Shown here: in pieces, positions 63,902-64,000 of the stretch
Numbering within the stretch: the stretch's first letter is position 1
Layout: each line of letters starts with the position of its first letter
Assembly: GCA_046563655.1 (NCBI GenBank)
Contig: CM102288.1
Location: 5,890,001 to 5,954,000 of the forward strand
DNA: 64,000 nt
Source of the DNA: Yuukianura sp. NJ FZ-2021
Lineage: Eukaryota
Reading direction: 5' to 3'
Position numbers and translations under genes: made by a program
Notes under the pieces: generated by a model
Told to the model about the DNA's origin: nothing
Databases searched by the model: none
The model's input: only the letters and a program-made list of their open reading frames with translations

Positions 63902-64000
63902 GAAAGAAAATTTTGAGTTTATCAAGTAGACAGATGTAATAAGTAGTATTTAAAAGAGAATGGGAATTTAATTCCTTGCGTAACTCTAAAAATGTAACTA

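Overview
AT-rich eukaryotic DNA with short spliceosomal introns. Gene content suggests a soil arthropod such as a springtail (Collembola); this is inference only. From left to right: (1) 1-18.7 kb, a minus-strand tandem array of seven F-box genes in two subtypes, one of them a frameshifted and truncated pseudogene. (2) An acid sphingomyelinase gene whose intron holds a non-autonomous hAT transposon with a BED-finger remnant and an 18-copy palindromic 35-bp minisatellite. (3) 25-36 kb, an M1 aminopeptidase flanked by four intron-containing genes of families typical of non-animals: BP74-N/CaM-BP15-like protein, bacillopeptidase-F-like subtilisin, GH19 chitinase and LURP-one/Tubby-C2. This is a candidate horizontal-transfer island. 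(4) Four divergent ionotropic-receptor-like genes. (5) A clan-2-like cytochrome P450 array with a nonsense pseudogene, a 5'-deleted copy, and a copy in which a MITE inserted into an exon forms an exact, frame-restoring GT-AG intron (introner-like). tRNA-derived SINEs and several MITE families are scattered throughout. Exon coordinates were read by eye and may be off by a few bases.
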